A stretch of DNA of 64,000 bases from Octopus vulgaris (GCA_951406725.2 OX597832.1:18786001-18850000); one strand, 5' to 3'; shown: positions 1-14,428, counted from the first letter of the stretch. Notes: generated by a model from the sequence alone, not told the origin. Translations and numbers: made by a program.

Positions 1-99
1 CACCCTGGGCAAGTGTCTTCTACTATAGCCTCCGGCCGATCAAAGCCTTGTAAGTGGATTTTGTAGACGGAAACTGAAAGACGCCCGTCGTATATATAA

Positions 100-186
<87 letters not shown>

Positions 187-410
187 TGTATGTGTATATG
201 TGTCTGAGTGTGTTTCTGTTTGTCCCCCCAACATTGCTAGACAACCGATGCTGGTGTGTTTACGTCCCCGTAACTTAGCGGTTCGGCAAAAGAGACCGTT
301 AGAATAAGCACTAGGGTTACAAAGAATAAGTTCTGAGGTCGATTTGCTCGACTATAAAGGCGGTGCTCCAGCATAGCAGCAGTCAAATGGCTGAAACAAA
401 GAGCAAAAAA
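1..410 (+). mobile_element. SINE family A (tRNA head + CORE-like segment + internal (TA)n/(TG)n + 3' domain); 5' end cut by the window edge
   Basis: CORE-like 'ctgggcaagtgtcttctactatagcc', internal (TA)n at about 91-183, and 3' part 'cttagcggttcggcaaaagagacc...ggcggtgctccagcat...cagtcaaatggctgaaaca'. The same sequence recurs about 10 times in the window. Confidence 0.9.
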
Positions 411-1004
411 CTACATTTCAAGGAGACAAAGCCGGCAGCAAACAGTAAAACTTTCAAGGATTTTCCATTGAAAGAAAATCAGTCAGTGTTACCAGAACTG
501 CATGTATCAATGTTATTGCAAATAGTAGAATGCGCGAAAAGTGCACGGCGGATTTCGAGATAAGCGTGCTTTTATATAGCAGTTTCAATGACTATATGTG
601 TACTTGTAATAATTAGCATGATAATATTTATTTGGCATTCATATTTCTATTTCAATTACGTTCAGTAAACACACGCAATATACATATTTGCTTGCATCTC
701 TCTTTCGAGTTGTTTTTTTTTTTATTTTGTTTCTGTGCAATGGGTTATACAGGAAAGAGGACATTCTCATGTTAGACTCTTGAATAACCAACAAAGAATG
801 AAAGATTTTGTCAAATATTACGACATATATACAATCTTCCTACTATGTAGGCAGCCAGATTATAACATTTGGTATGATAATCGATCTTTCGAGTATCTCG
901 TTTGATTGACTTACATTAAATAAGTCAGTAGGTTATTATAGTGAAGCTGTATAGTGTTGCTATGTCATGTAGAAGATAAAGTACCAAATGTTAATAATAT
1001 TAAT

Positions 1005-1320
1005 AGGGTTACGGTAAATATTCTGCTCAATACAACAAATTGCTTGTCAGTTGTTTGACCATAACCAGTTGAGTATCTTCCTTAGTGGCTGACGATATCT
1101 GCATCCCTGATCACGAGCAGAAGTACTGGGGGAGCGTCATAGCCATGTGTTGAGAGGAATACTTCGGGGTTTGGATAATTCACCTTTGGAAACCTGGGTG
1201 TTTTGTTTGTCATCCTTAAACAAACCTTATTCAGGGATCTTTTGAGGAGGACGGGTTACTCAACCAGAAAGAATTGTAACTGGACCTCACCTGCGAGATC
1301 ATGCGCTATTTATCTTGATT
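1005..1320. repeat. Unclassified interspersed repeat (possibly a retroelement UTR)
   Basis: GC-richer block 'gcttgtcagttgtttgacc..aaccagttgag...ctgatcacgagcagaagta.tgggggagc' that I recall as a common octopus repeat. Single copy here, so this rests on recall only. Confidence 0.4.
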
Positions 1321-1635
1321 TAACAAGATAAAGGCATACAAATACAGATCTGTTAGCCTTATTAACTCGGAAGCGGTGTTGTCTCAAAAATTGATCCTAA
1401 ACAGACAGATCCGTCTCCTAATGCTAAGGTCCAAGCTCGCCATGCATGAATGATAAACAAATCAAAGCAAAATGCAAAACAGATTGATCGTCATTTGGAT
1501 TAACAAGGGCTGCTTACCCCAGTGAAGTACCAGACTGATTTTAAAAATCAACTACTGGTTCAAATCTTCCAGAAACACAGGAGCTGTAAACTACCCAACA
1601 ACCATAATACTCGAATAGGTGACCATAAAATAACC

Positions 1636-2150
1636 GAATACTAAAGAAGTTCTTAAGGCTTTCTATCATGCCATGTTTTTCCCCTCAAATAAATCTAATA
1701 CTGAACAAGCCTACCTAAGCTGGAGACAGAAGCACCTTGAAGTAAGATCCTACATAGACAGTAATAAACTTACCAACGTCAGAAGAAACCTTATGAAAAA
1801 AATTATTAACTGAATTAGAGATTGATCAAACTAAACAATCAGTAAAGGACAAAGGGAACGAGGTTGCAGCTAAAGAAGATACTATAGAGGAAATAATTAT
1901 ACACCAATCCAGGTCTGATGAAAGTGCAGTAATGATAGAAATAGTCAATGTAAGTGACAAGCAAAGTGAAATATTCTCTGAATCAACCATAAACACTAAA
2001 GCAGGCAAAAATTAAATAGATGAATAAAGTAACATAGATATTGACCCAACTGAACTATTTGATCTAAAAAATCAAATCATGATTGAATGGATGAATATTA
2101 TAGAAGCCAGTATGAATGAACGTGACACTCCCAAATATTCGCAATTCTAA
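1636..2150 (+). mobile_element. Dong/R4-clade non-LTR retrotransposon, degraded N-terminal ORF fragment
   Basis: Manual translation across frameshifts gives KEVLKAFYHAMFFPSNKSNTEQAYLSWRQKHLEVRSYIDSNKLTNVRRNLMKK/LTELEIDQTKQSV...DLKNQIMIEWMNIIEASMNERDT, matching the N-terminal motif pattern of R4/Dong ORFs. Confidence 0.7.
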
Positions 2151-2164
2151 CTGAAACCTAAAAA

Positions 2165-2403
2165 TAATTCACCTCGATTAGCCCATCGGTCTTTAATATT
2201 ACAGCAAACATATTAAAGGAGAAAGAGACCCCATAAATTTCAAGAGGTCTTTAGACAAATCCCTTCAAAAAATCCCGGCTAAACTTCCTACACCCGGATA
2301 TATCGCCGTAAACAATACCAGTGGACCATATTGAATGACTTTTCTAGTGGTGCTCTTAAGTTACATATGTCCTGAGTCTATACTGGCCGAAATCTATCAA
2401 AGT
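2165..2403 (+). mobile_element. CR1-clade LINE 3' end fragment
   Basis: Translation ...KHIKGERDPINFKRSLDKSLQKIPAKLPTPGY resembles the CR1 ORF2 C-terminus (FKxxLDKFLxxIPDxPxxPGY). A short 3' UTR follows and runs into (TA)n. Confidence 0.65.
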
Positions 2404-2413
2404 ATATATATAT

Positions 2414-2449
<36 letters not shown>

Positions 2450-2583
2450 ACCATGGCATGTGGTGTGTTTTGTGTGTGTAATCATACCGAACTACTTGGT
2501 AAAATTATAAATTATTAATTGATTAATTAATTTTACCCTTTGTTATAATTATTATTATCATCATTATTATTATACACACACAC

Positions 2584-2641
<58 letters not shown>

Positions 2642-3077
2642 ATAAACAGATGTGCATTATTATGTCTGCATCTAGATCATAAATTGTGTCGTTGAGTGTT
2701 TCAGTTTAGTGTTCTTTGTATGACGTCTGTGTTTATGAATTTGTTTGAAACTTTAGCGAGTATTTTTTTTCTTTTATGAAAGTTTAATGAAAGCATTTAG
2801 TTTATATCGACATTCTCTAGCACATTCTGAACACAGATTCTATAATTCTGGTTCTCTCTTCAAACATTAAAGACTGGTATTGCATACACATTGACACAAT
2901 CACCCACAGACATGTTCACAGCAAAATTATACAAAATACACAACACACACACACACAAACACACACACATTTTAGCACGCACATTCTCGCGCACACTGCT
3001 TACATATTGCTTACGTGAAAAATACTGCAGAAGCATGGGAAATTTTCAAATAGCGAAAAGACTTACGAAGGAGGGAA

Positions 3078-3162
<85 letters not shown>

Positions 3163-3172
3163 TTAATAATAA
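3078..3172. repeat. (AAT)n microsatellite
   Basis: Directly visible. Confidence 0.97.
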
Positions 3173-3721
3173 TTACAGGTTTAATTCTACCATTGCTAAT
3201 AATAAAAAAGTTTTGATAATTATAACAACAATACTAAATGTACAACTAACACGACTATTAACGCTAATAAGAATGACATCTGCAACAACCTGAACATGAA
3301 TAATAATAAAAACGATAATGTATTTTCTTTCTTCTTTTCCTTTCGTTCTTTCTTTTTTCTTCTTCTTTCTTATTTTTTGGTATTTAAAGTTATTTTTAAC
3401 TATCAACAACAGATCTGAGACTTTAGAAATAAATATATTATCGAAAATACACGAAATGGTGAATGTTGAAGAAGCGTAAAAGTGTCACGCCCTAAAATGG
3501 AATTGCCAAAAGGTTAAATGTTCGTTTTCACGTCTCCTTTTCATTTATCCTCTTTGGTAAAGTCCGGCCTACCAATGTGACGAAAAATCTGTTCCTCTGT
3601 TCGGTTTCAACGTGATTCCAACGAAATTCTCAAAGCATAGACTTAACCTCTAAGGCTATCTCTCTAATCATGTTACAAACCGCCGCCATTTCAACTTTCT
3701 GATTTATACGTTCGCTTTTTC

Positions 3722-3769
<48 letters not shown>

Positions 3770-3947
3770 CATTATTATCATCATCGTCGTCGTCGGCGTC
3801 GTCATCCTCATAATCGTCTTTACTATTTTTATTCTCTTTACAAATTTTAAGCGTTAGTGTTGCTATATCACTCCACACATACATAAACACAGACACACAA
3901 AGACACAGATAAATATAGATAGATAATATAGACATAGATATACACAG

Positions 3948-4029
<82 letters not shown>

Positions 4030-4775
4030 TACACGGAGAAATAGAAAAATGTACATATACACACATATGAGTGTGTATCTCCGCGTGTCTATATATACGT
4101 ATGTTTTTATGTATGTATATATGCATATAGGGACACCATATATTTATTCAGTTTTTACCTATATTAATTATATTTTGTTGCTTTCTTTTAGTTTCAACAG
4201 ACCTAGAAAGATTGGCCGCCAGAGACAAACAATCACCTCACTTCTCTTCATCTTTCCGGGTAGATTTCGAAATTCGCGCGTGTTCTAGTAACAATATGTT
4301 CCTTTATAACACTAATTCCAATGTAGGCAGATACATTGCCAGATATATTCGTTTGGGAGGGTAGGGGATTTTTTTTTTTCAGTATACATTTGAAATTTGT
4401 TGTAATAATGGTAAATGAGATTTTTTTTCTCTCTCTTTTATTTAACCGGAAATAATTTTCTGAAGAAATCGTGAAAAATCTGCTAAGACTCGTGTCCAGC
4501 CGCCAGCAAGCACGGGAGAGATTTTTGAAAATGCTGGCCTCGCATGCATTTCTTTATTTAGTAGCAAAATAACTAAATATATTGACATCTACAGGAGATT
4601 GGTATACGATTTTGAAATTATTTAAACCACATAAGAAATTTGGGCGCGGAAAGAAGAATCTTAAGAAAAAAAAAGATAACAATAGGATCAAAAGACAACA
4701 AACTTTGTAAGTTATAATGCATAGTAAATGGTTTCGAATATATATATAATGCGAGATATACAAGTAAGAGATAGA

Positions 4776-4815
<40 letters not shown>

Positions 4816-5137
4816 CAGACAGACACAGAGCGATGCATGTTGGGCGAGTAAATTATATAGATATGTGTAAAATTGTATACACGTACACCACACACAAACA
4901 CACACACACACACACACACATGCATGTATGTATGTATGTATGTATGTAGGTATGTATGTATGTATGTAGGTATGTATGTATGTAAGTATGTATGTATACA
5001 CAGACATATTTATCATATATATATATACGTATGTATATATACTTACATATATAAACACATATATGTATATATGTATATATATATGTATATATATGTATAT
5101 TAGTGTGTTTGAGTGTGTTTATATATATATACATATT

Positions 5138-5176
<39 letters not shown>

Positions 5177-5299
5177 AAATAAGTTTTTATATATATGTGT
5201 GTGTGTATGTGTTTGTGTGTATCAATATTAAGTTAAATGTAAGTTTACTCAGACAAGACTGGTGATAATATTATCTGATGAGGTGCTATGATTGTATTG

Positions 5300-5410
5300 A
5301 TCATCAATATCACCATCATCAATATTCTCCTCCTCCCGACCACCATCATCCTCATCTTCATCATCATCACCACCCCCACCGCCACAATCACCACCACCAC
5401 CACCACCACC

Positions 5411-5456
<46 letters not shown>

Positions 5457-5460
5457 CCAT
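5300..5460. repeat. Compound (CAC)n/(CAT)n microsatellite
   Basis: Directly visible; it explains the poly-His, poly-Thr and poly-Val ORFs. Confidence 0.95.
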
Positions 5461-5704
5461 TTTCGTGTTTTTTCTTCTTTCCCGTTGACTCTCTTCTCAT
5501 TCACACAATTTATTATCATTACAATAATTGGAAGCATCTCTTCGACCTTTGACCTTCAGCCATATTATCCCCCAATTGGAGATTCGATTTCTGAACATCG
5601 ATTTATTATTTAAATTCTTCATTCCTAATTTAATACAAAATACGTATATATATATATATCCACATGTACATATCCAAATTAATACACACGCGCATAAACA
5701 CACA

Positions 5705-5751
<47 letters not shown>

Positions 5752-6142
5752 CCAGATACAGACATATACATACATTCAAACATGTTTGAATATAATTTCT
5801 CATACATACATCCTGACACACAGAAACACAATCGGGTGTATGAGGGATTGGTACATATGAACTTGTTTCCCTCTTCTCAATTTATATCGGTTAACAAAAT
5901 TGGGGTCCCTGTTCCCCCACGTAAGTTAGAAGACCGAAAGATAGAAGTTATATGTAGTAGGTGGATATGGCTGATGAATTACATAGGAGCGGCGCTTGAG
6001 GTGGGTCGCTGACAGTTGATTGTAAATATTAAATATTAAGAAGGATTATAAGAGGGCCCCTGTGTGTATATATGATTGTATATATGATTACATATAAAAT
6101 TAGGCATCACAGTACGGTAAGAATTTTATCCCCCAAATGCAA

Positions 6143-6200
6143 CAATCTAGGGTCAGCTTCACTACGGCCAGAGCTGACCCTAGATTGAAGAGCTGACCCT
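6143..6200. repeat. Perfect 16-bp inverted repeat with a repeated right arm
   Basis: caatctagggtcagct (6143-6158) pairs with agctgaccctagattg (6172-6187); gagctgaccct occurs again at 6190-6200. Confidence 0.85.
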
Positions 6201-6481
6201 GAAAGAAGACCGATATATATATATATATATAAATAAATACGTGTGTTTGTGTGTGTGTGTGTATGAATGTGTGTGTTTGTGTTCGTGGATGTGTATGTAT
6301 GTGTGTGATGTGTGTATATGTGTGCTTCTCCAAATATGTGCCTGCACATAGGTATATATATTTATAAATATATGCATACATATTTATGAATATAATATAT
6401 ATATATATATACACAAAGACTAATACTCACACACACACACATATATGTATATACACATGTACAAATAGACAAATAAATGTG

Positions 6482-6689
<208 letters not shown>

Positions 6690-6892
6690 GAATACGTGTG
6701 AAGGCAAATTAGTATATATGTATACATATAGCTATAATTTAAATTACATCTCATCAGCCATGCTGGAGAACTAATAGATATATAGAAAGATAGAGAGAGA
6801 GACAGAGAGGTACATATGTCTCACTTTGTGTGTTTGTGTATGTGTAGGTTCGTTTGTGTGAGTTTGGGTATGTGTGTTTGTGGGTTTGTTTG

Positions 6893-6941
<49 letters not shown>

Positions 6942-7309
6942 GTATATATAGTCGTGTGTCTGCGTGGGAGCACGTGTGTGCATGTGTGTATTAGCAACCC
7001 GAAATCACAGAATATCACACGACATTACATGAAGACTATCTAATACATATACACTTGAAGTTAGCACTTATTCGTCTAATTGTATATATTACATCACTTT
7101 CCCAACCACTGTGATATGATATTCAGTTTGCTCTACGATGTTCATCAAAGCTTCTGTTACACAATTGATCAGTCTGGCGAAACAAACGTTCCCATCGCAC
7201 GCACATAAACGTAGCAATCAAATAAAAATACGTATACTCATGTATACGCGTATACGTCTCTCTCATTCTCTCTCTCTCTATCCATCCACACACACACACA
7301 AACACACAC

Positions 7310-7358
<49 letters not shown>

Positions 7359-7578
7359 CATACACATATATATATTCATGTACATATGTATGTGTGTCTA
7401 TGTATGTTTATATACATGTGTGTATATATGTTTATATACATGTATGTAATTTTTTCACACGTAAAACAATAAAGAATTAATTTCTTTCAAGTATTGAAGT
7501 TATTATTTAAATAATTGTGTGTGTGTGAGTGTATACATACATAAATATATATATATATACATATATATATACATATAA

Positions 7579-7646
<68 letters not shown>

Positions 7647-8214
7647 GAGTATACATACATGTATATGTATATATATACACGTGTATACATACATATATAT
7701 ATAAATATGAATATATGTACACGTGTGTGTATATATATATATATATGTGTGTGTGTGTATGTTTGTGTGTGTGTGTGTGTGCGTGTGTGTGTGTGTGCGT
7801 ATGTATATTTCTATTTCTATATGAGTACATTTAAATAGTTTTGTAATGTAAGTCCTTGCTTTGAATACAAATGAGAGAAATCGAAATATATTTAATGCGG
7901 GAATTTAAAAATGCAACAAAACCCATAAAACCGAGGACGTCGGGTCAGCTTGTGTTGTACCTATTGACTACAGTAAAGGCTACCTGTGACAGGTGTTTCT
8001 TGTAGCGTGACATATTTAGCCGTTCCCTATATCGAGATGACTTTTGTACGTAATGCGTTCTGTCACCATAAACGGAGACATAATACACTCCAAGTCATAT
8101 ATATTACAAAGATCATATTTCTGTGAAATATACATAAATAGATTAGCGGAGTTGGACGTTCTGAGCTTTGAAATCCTTTAATATTTTTATATTCACTTCT
8201 GGTTTTGTGATTTA

Positions 8215-8416
8215 GGCAAAAGTCTAGAAATTTTGAGATGATGGTCTGTAGCGAAACAAATGACCCGTTGACTTATCTGACAGTATTTGTTATGAGCCAG
8301 AAGAATGATTGGCTAAATTGACCCTGGAAGAATTTAAACTCAGAACGTTAGCAGAAGGAACATATAATGCATGTTATTATTTGCGACGCTCTAACGATTC
8401 TGGAAACTCGCTGCTT
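8215..8416 (-). mobile_element. Degraded SINE family F copy
   Basis: 'aatttaaactcagaacgt...ctaacgattctggaaactcgctgctt' is the reverse complement of the F head. Confidence 0.6.
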
Positions 8417-8507
8417 TCTACTGCTTTCACAATTGTTTCATATTTTGCATGTAAGCAAAAAATTTAGGGAAAATGTACCAGTCGATTGATTTGATATACT
8501 TCATGAA

Positions 8508-8892
8508 GCGCGGGCATATCTCTGTAGTAAGGTTGTTTTATTCCAACCACAATGTTCTGTGTTTAAGCCCACAACATGGCACATTAGGCACGTGTCATCT
8601 ACTATAATTTCGCGTTAAGCAAAAACTTGTGAATGGATTTGATTGACAAAAACTGAAAGCCCTTCGTCAATGTATATATATATATATATATATATATACA
8701 TGTGTGTGTGTGTGTATGTGTGTGCATGCGATTTTCTGTCACTGCTTGTTGACCCCCAACTTAGCGGTTCAGCAAAGAATCAAACTTAAAAAATAAAATA
8801 TGTACCGTGGTATATTCGTTCGACAAATATTGTTCAAGGTGGTGCCCCAACCTAGCAGCCGTCTAATACCTATGAGAAGTAAAAGAAAATGA
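8508..8892 (+). mobile_element. Degraded SINE family A copy
   Basis: Colinear with the A consensus: 'ccaaccac..tgttc', 'gtgtcatctactata', 'gtgaatggattt', (TA)n(TG)n, 'cttagcggttcagcaaag', 'ggtggtgcccca'. Confidence 0.7.
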
Positions 8893-9181
8893 AAATACAG
8901 AGTGCAATATTTTTTCAATATCGCTGTTGATTCACGTAATCACGTTAACTACAACGGAATATTATATAATATATATCCCAATGATGTTAATCATATGAAC
9001 AATTTACTCATATAGCAAGTCACAGATATTATTGTGTGCTGAAGAAGTTATCTTTGCGAACGCATGGATTCACGTTAAAATTCATTGCGCGATAAATCGA
9101 GCACGTGCTTTCTACTCTGGTGTGGGCAGACTAGAACACTGTCAGAGAATTTCTTTCACAGAAACTGTGTGGAAGATAGTC

Positions 9182-9270
<89 letters not shown>

Positions 9271-9327
9271 GATCTATCTATCTATCTATCGATCTATCTA
9301 TCTCTCTATCGATCGATCGATCGATCG
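9182..9327. repeat. (TATC)n microsatellite grading into (GATC)n
   Basis: Directly visible. Confidence 0.95.
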
Positions 9328-10490
9328 AACACTCTATATAGACTAATATCTATTTATGGATCGTTGGCAATTTCTTTCCTCCGTCTTCCTTTTCTCTTGG
9401 ACATTCTTCTGTCTCCTGTTTCTAAAGAAGAGCTTTGCTAGAAACCTAAAACTACCTTTTCTTTCCGTTGCTGACCGTCTGTTAATACTATACATGTGCC
9501 ACGCCGTCGCGTTTTTGCTTTCTTCTTGTTGTACTTATTCTTCGATTTGGGGGAGATTGTATATATATATATATATATATATGAATAAAAATATATATAA
9601 CTATATATATATATGTGTATATCTTTGTGTCTGTGTATGTACGTATATATGTATGCATGTATGTAGGTATTTATACATAATCAGTTTGTAGTTTGTAAGT
9701 CCAAAGGCAAGCAAATTTTGAAACTATATGCTATATATAAAATATAGTTATTCGTTATGGTCGGTCAGAGAGTTTCCGATAGTTTGGCACCAACAAAATT
9801 CTTAGCGGTATGTATGACTCTCCACACTTGATGCCCGCCGGCACTTAACCTCTAGACAACTGCAGGTGGTGTTACGATCTTTGTCAGTCACTGTTGCGAA
9901 AAAAAAAGAAAAAAAAAGAAAATTAAAGAAATTCTACTGACCACGTTACCGTTTAAAGAGATGGAGTTATTTCCCTTTTGCCGGTTCAAGATGCGTCCAA
10001 AACGTATAAGTATATACGCGATTTCTAATACTATTCGGCAGGCGGGGAGTACCATATTTCGAACAAGACTTTCCACTGATATGGTACCTATTGATCATTT
10101 CCCTTTTGTATTATACGAATTTCCCTGAGTCAAGCCAGTTCCTCAAGATCCTTGCTCTCTCGGCAAAACAAACTTTACACCACATGCTCCCGTTATGGTA
10201 TGGTGTAAGTTGTTCCGGGAGATTTCATTAAAATTTATGTGGCGTACTTAGTGCAAATAAGCAGATCCAGCAGGTTCCTTCGATATGGTCACGCAAGCAT
10301 TCAACAGAGTGGAATATATAGGAATATATATATCCTAAGCACCTGAACGGAGGGATTCCCTTAGTCCCTTTTGGTCTATACATTATCACTGTAAGACTAC
10401 AGGTACCGGTAATATTCTTTATTAAATAGTCTTAATGATAAATTCTGAGATTGTGAAACTTCTCTGTTCTAATATAACTGTTACTCCATG

Positions 10491-10727
10491 AAGGCATCAA
10501 GCTGGCAGAATCTTTGGCACGTCGGACATAATGCCTGCAGCTATTTCTCCCAGTTCTTTGAATTCCAAGTTCAAAACTGCTCGGTGTAAATTTGTTTTCC
10601 ATGCCTTCAAGATAGGATAAAATTCAAAATCAACCTCCGTGTATCTTGAACTCAGAACGTAAAGACCGTCGAAATTCCGCAAAGCATTCTGCTCGGCGTT
10701 CAAACGATTCTGCCAACTCGCCGTCTT
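10491..10727. mobile_element. Two SINE F 5' halves fused in inverted orientation
   Basis: Plus-strand head 'gctggcagaatctttggcacgtcggacataatgc...aagttcaaaa' at 10491-~10610, then a minus-strand head ending 'aacgattctgccaactcgccgtctt' at ~10612-10727. Confidence 0.65.
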
Positions 10728-10728
10728 A

Positions 10729-10729
<1 letters not shown>

Positions 10730-10822
<93 letters not shown>

Positions 10823-11028
10823 TGATGATGATAATAATGATAACAATAATAATGATAAGAAGAAGAAGAAGAAGAAGAAGGAGGAGGAGGAGGAGGAGGA
10901 GGAGGAGGAAAAGAAGAAGAAGAAGAAGAAGAAGAAGAAGAAGAAGAAGAAGAAGAAGAAGAAGAAGAAGAAGAAGAAGAAGAAGAAGAAGAAGAAGAAG
11001 AAGAAGAAGAAGAAGAAGAAGAAGAAGA
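10730..11028. repeat. Compound (AAT)n-(GAT)n-(GAA)n-(GAG)n-(GAA)n microsatellite
   Basis: Directly visible; source of the poly-L, poly-F and poly-R ORFs. Confidence 0.97.
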
Positions 11029-11545
11029 ACTTCACCATTCAAACTGACAGAAAGATAGATGCAAATAGGCCAGACATCATATTGAAAGACTTCAGAAAAA
11101 AATCATGACTCCTCATTGATTTGACTGTCCCAATCAATCTAAGTTTATCTATCAAGACCTACCAAAAACATGAAGACTAAAACAATACCTGTTGTTATAG
11201 GTACCATAGAAATGATAGAGAAAGGGGATGATTGCTACCTAGCACAGATACCATGAAACACCAAAATGGCAGAAAGTCAAAAGATAATGCACATGGGAAC
11301 TGCCCATGTCCTACATAAAATAATGTGTATGTAATATCAAATTTTAAAACAAACACATAATTTTCTTATTATTTCTTAAACATTCTCTAGAACAATATTA
11401 TATACAAAATCAAATATATGGCACCATAGGCATAGCACCAACATGAACGTCCAACTTGTCTCTTGAGGTCTCTGGGTGGGACTTGGAAAGAACTTGTACA
11501 AATGCAAAGCAAAATACAAGGATGAAATAATAATAAAATAATATA
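11028..11545 (+). mobile_element. Dong/R4-clade LINE 3' fragment (restriction-like endonuclease domain + 3' UTR), degraded
   Basis: NFTIQTDRKIDANRPDIILKDFRKKS*LLIDLTVP...KTKTIPVVIG...QKIMHMGTAHVLHKIMCM* contains the RPD...ID motif of the RLE domain; ends in (TAA)-like repeats. Confidence 0.85.
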
Positions 11546-12648
11546 ATTCCAATTAAAGATCGTTTAAAATTGTATCCTCAGGAAATCAATAGCAGAAAAG
11601 TATCTTTCATATACTAGTTTAATAAAACAGACTGTTACCTAATTCCGATACTTCTGGCGCAGACAATATTAGAACTTCATTATCTAAGTTCTTATCCGTC
11701 AGGTTTACATAGTTACAGCTATTTACGTTTTAATTTGAATTCCCCTAATTGAGTGTGATACATTTTAATCCTGGTCTATCACTTCGGTCAAGTTAAGTGA
11801 TTAATATCACCTGTAAGGTTTTAAGGTATATATATGCATGCTGAAATTAATCCTTACGGATGGCCAGGAGAGGGTCTAAAAGAATAATTAGAGCATCTAA
11901 AAACATGCGTTGTCTCATTTCTGTCCACTCTATTTTTAAGGTTAACTGATGCCGAGATTTACTTTGCTTTTAGATATCTAGGCATGATACAATAAAATAC
12001 CAGTCAAATACTGTGGACAATAATAACATGCTCAGGTTTGCAGATTTATATGTTCGTACAATACCAGCAATTTTAAAGGAAGTTATTACTCAATTATATG
12101 CACTTCTGTGTTTGCCCAGTAAAGTATCTCATCAAACCTGAAAGGCAGAGCTGACATCAGTGTTTTTTTTTTTTTTTAGTTCAGAACTTAAAGAGGAGGC
12201 TAATGTAGACCAGGAGCTTAAATTAGAATAAAAAATTAAAAAGAAAAAAAGAAAAGCCGTTGGAAAACCAATTATAGCAGCGACTCCCTCAAAAAATATC
12301 TGAAGAAGGAATATTATTCCGAAATAACTTATCAGACTATGGCTGACTAAATTACAAAAGGTATATAGACCATTGTCTGTATTATAGTGCATTATTGTAC
12401 CATTCAAATTTTTTTATTCGTTAAGAATAATTAAGTACCAGTTGCGTACTGAGATCCATCTGCCTTCTTACACACACACACACTCATATATATAATATAT
12501 ATATACACAAACATTTATACGTAATACTAATATATATTAACGTGTGTCTGTGTATGTATATATATATATATATATGAATATATAGTGATAGAGAGATATT
12601 GGTACATGTTCTAAAAATAGAAATATTTATCGCCATGTACATATGCAA

Positions 12649-12683
<35 letters not shown>

Positions 12684-13057
12684 CGTAAAGTGCAAGTGAG
12701 AGAGATCCCAGAAGACTGGCAGATGTTAAGACACAAGTGGCCAAGAAAAACGAAGAGACAGAAAAGTTAATTTCGAGAGCAATAAAGCAATAAAGATAAA
12801 AACAAAGAGAAACATGTGTGTGTAATCAAGAAAGGCGACAGGTGTTTGAATCGAGGTGTGGCGCTGAGAAATTATGTCGCGAAGGAATGTCGGCCGAAAT
12901 CTGAAATTTCCTTCTTGTCAAGATGGCGCCACGGAGCCATGAGTAATCGATCGAGTAGTACAAATGTTCGGTCATATCATGTGGCTAGACGCCTGACAAT
13001 CTAGGAGATCAAGACGACGATAGATGACACAGGGAACAGAATACCATATGCCTGTGT

Positions 13058-13198
<141 letters not shown>

Positions 13199-13276
13199 AA
13201 GCTAGATATAGATATAGATATAGATATATGAGCATATGTATATATATATTTATATACATATACATATATATATATG

Positions 13277-13330
<54 letters not shown>

Positions 13331-13634
13331 CGTATATGTTTGTATGTGTTTGTATGTAGGTAGGGCCGCCTAGCACTTGTTAACCCACTTGCTAAACAAA
13401 GGCAGATGATTGTCGTATATGCTTAGTTTTGTTTTACTGTAATTGTTTCATTGTTGCCTTTGTGTATTTCGATATCTTCTTTACTAGCTATATTATTTTC
13501 TAGTTTTGTTTTTTTTTACTTTTGTTGTTTTTTTTTCAGAAAAGTAGTCCTAATTAGATTTTGAAGAGGAGTGGATGTTTATTCGTTTTTAATTGATGGA
13601 GCGATGTAGTTTACCTACCCGGACTGCGTTATAA

Positions 13635-14428
13635 TATTATTATCGTTGTTGTTGATAGTTCATATACGTACAACAGGTTAGACTATTGGAAAAAAATTCC
13701 TAACATCGAGCTGCATGTAAACTTAGGTGGAAAAACATTCCTAAGTACCCTAGGTGTAACTAATAATACTGTTTCTCAGCTTATGTCTATTTCCTCTATC
13801 CATCCGTTGAAATCTTCAAAAACAGTTCCTAATGCACGTATGTCTACAAGGGTACATCTTACCAGCAAATTCCATAGCTTTTGTAACTCAATGGCTAGGT
13901 CCTGGTACATTTTTATCCACTCTTTCTCTATACTTATAATATTGACTCATCATTCGTGACTATAAAATCAATTATCTGACACTTTCAATTCTCCTTGTCT
14001 ACTACAAGTAAATCAGGCCTTCTGGCTTGTGTTACTCTATCAGTTAAAATCCCCCAACATCTTGTATTTCTTTCTTTCTAGTTTGTTCATGCCATTTATC
14101 AGTATGATCAAATTCTTGCTTTCTATGTAACTCCCAGTGGAGTATCCTCCCTAGGTTGCCATATTATTTCTTGTATTCTTTCTGTGCCAGCATAGTACAT
14201 TCACTAACTATATTAATAATTCTTTCCCCATTTGATTTAAATAACCTACGATGTGAATCTACCTGAGTTTTTCTATCTTGCTATTTATCCGTTTGTCGTG
14301 TGCCTGATCTTGTCGTGCTATTAACAGACATACTGTCTCGCTTTTCCACTTTTCTTCATGCAACGACAACCATGTTTTCTTATTAATAATGTTCGCAACC
14401 ATCTCTGAAAATCTACCATGCAAAACCA
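13635..14428 (-). mobile_element. Dong/R4-clade LINE 3' fragment (zinc-knuckle region + RLE), old and degraded
   Basis: Reverse translation gives LHGRF...KTWLSL...KSETVCLLIARQDQA...NIVSECTMLAQKEYKK*YGNLGRILHWEL...DRVTQARRPDLLVVDKEN*KCQIIDF...MYQDLAIELQKLW, with stops and frameshifts. Confidence 0.85.

Noticed and set aside
5245-5613. Poly-His / poly-Asp-Gly ORFs
   Set aside because: A trinucleotide microsatellite open in several frames on both strands, with no coding context.
7930-7953. Helitron-like 3' hairpin ccgaggacgtcgg-gtcagcttg
   Set aside because: The stem is only 4 bp, there is no CTAG, and no 5' TC end could be identified.
12816-13030. GC-richer block with a 62-aa ORF and a caagatggcg motif
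   Set aside because: No family could be assigned; insufficient evidence for an exon, LINE end or promoter.
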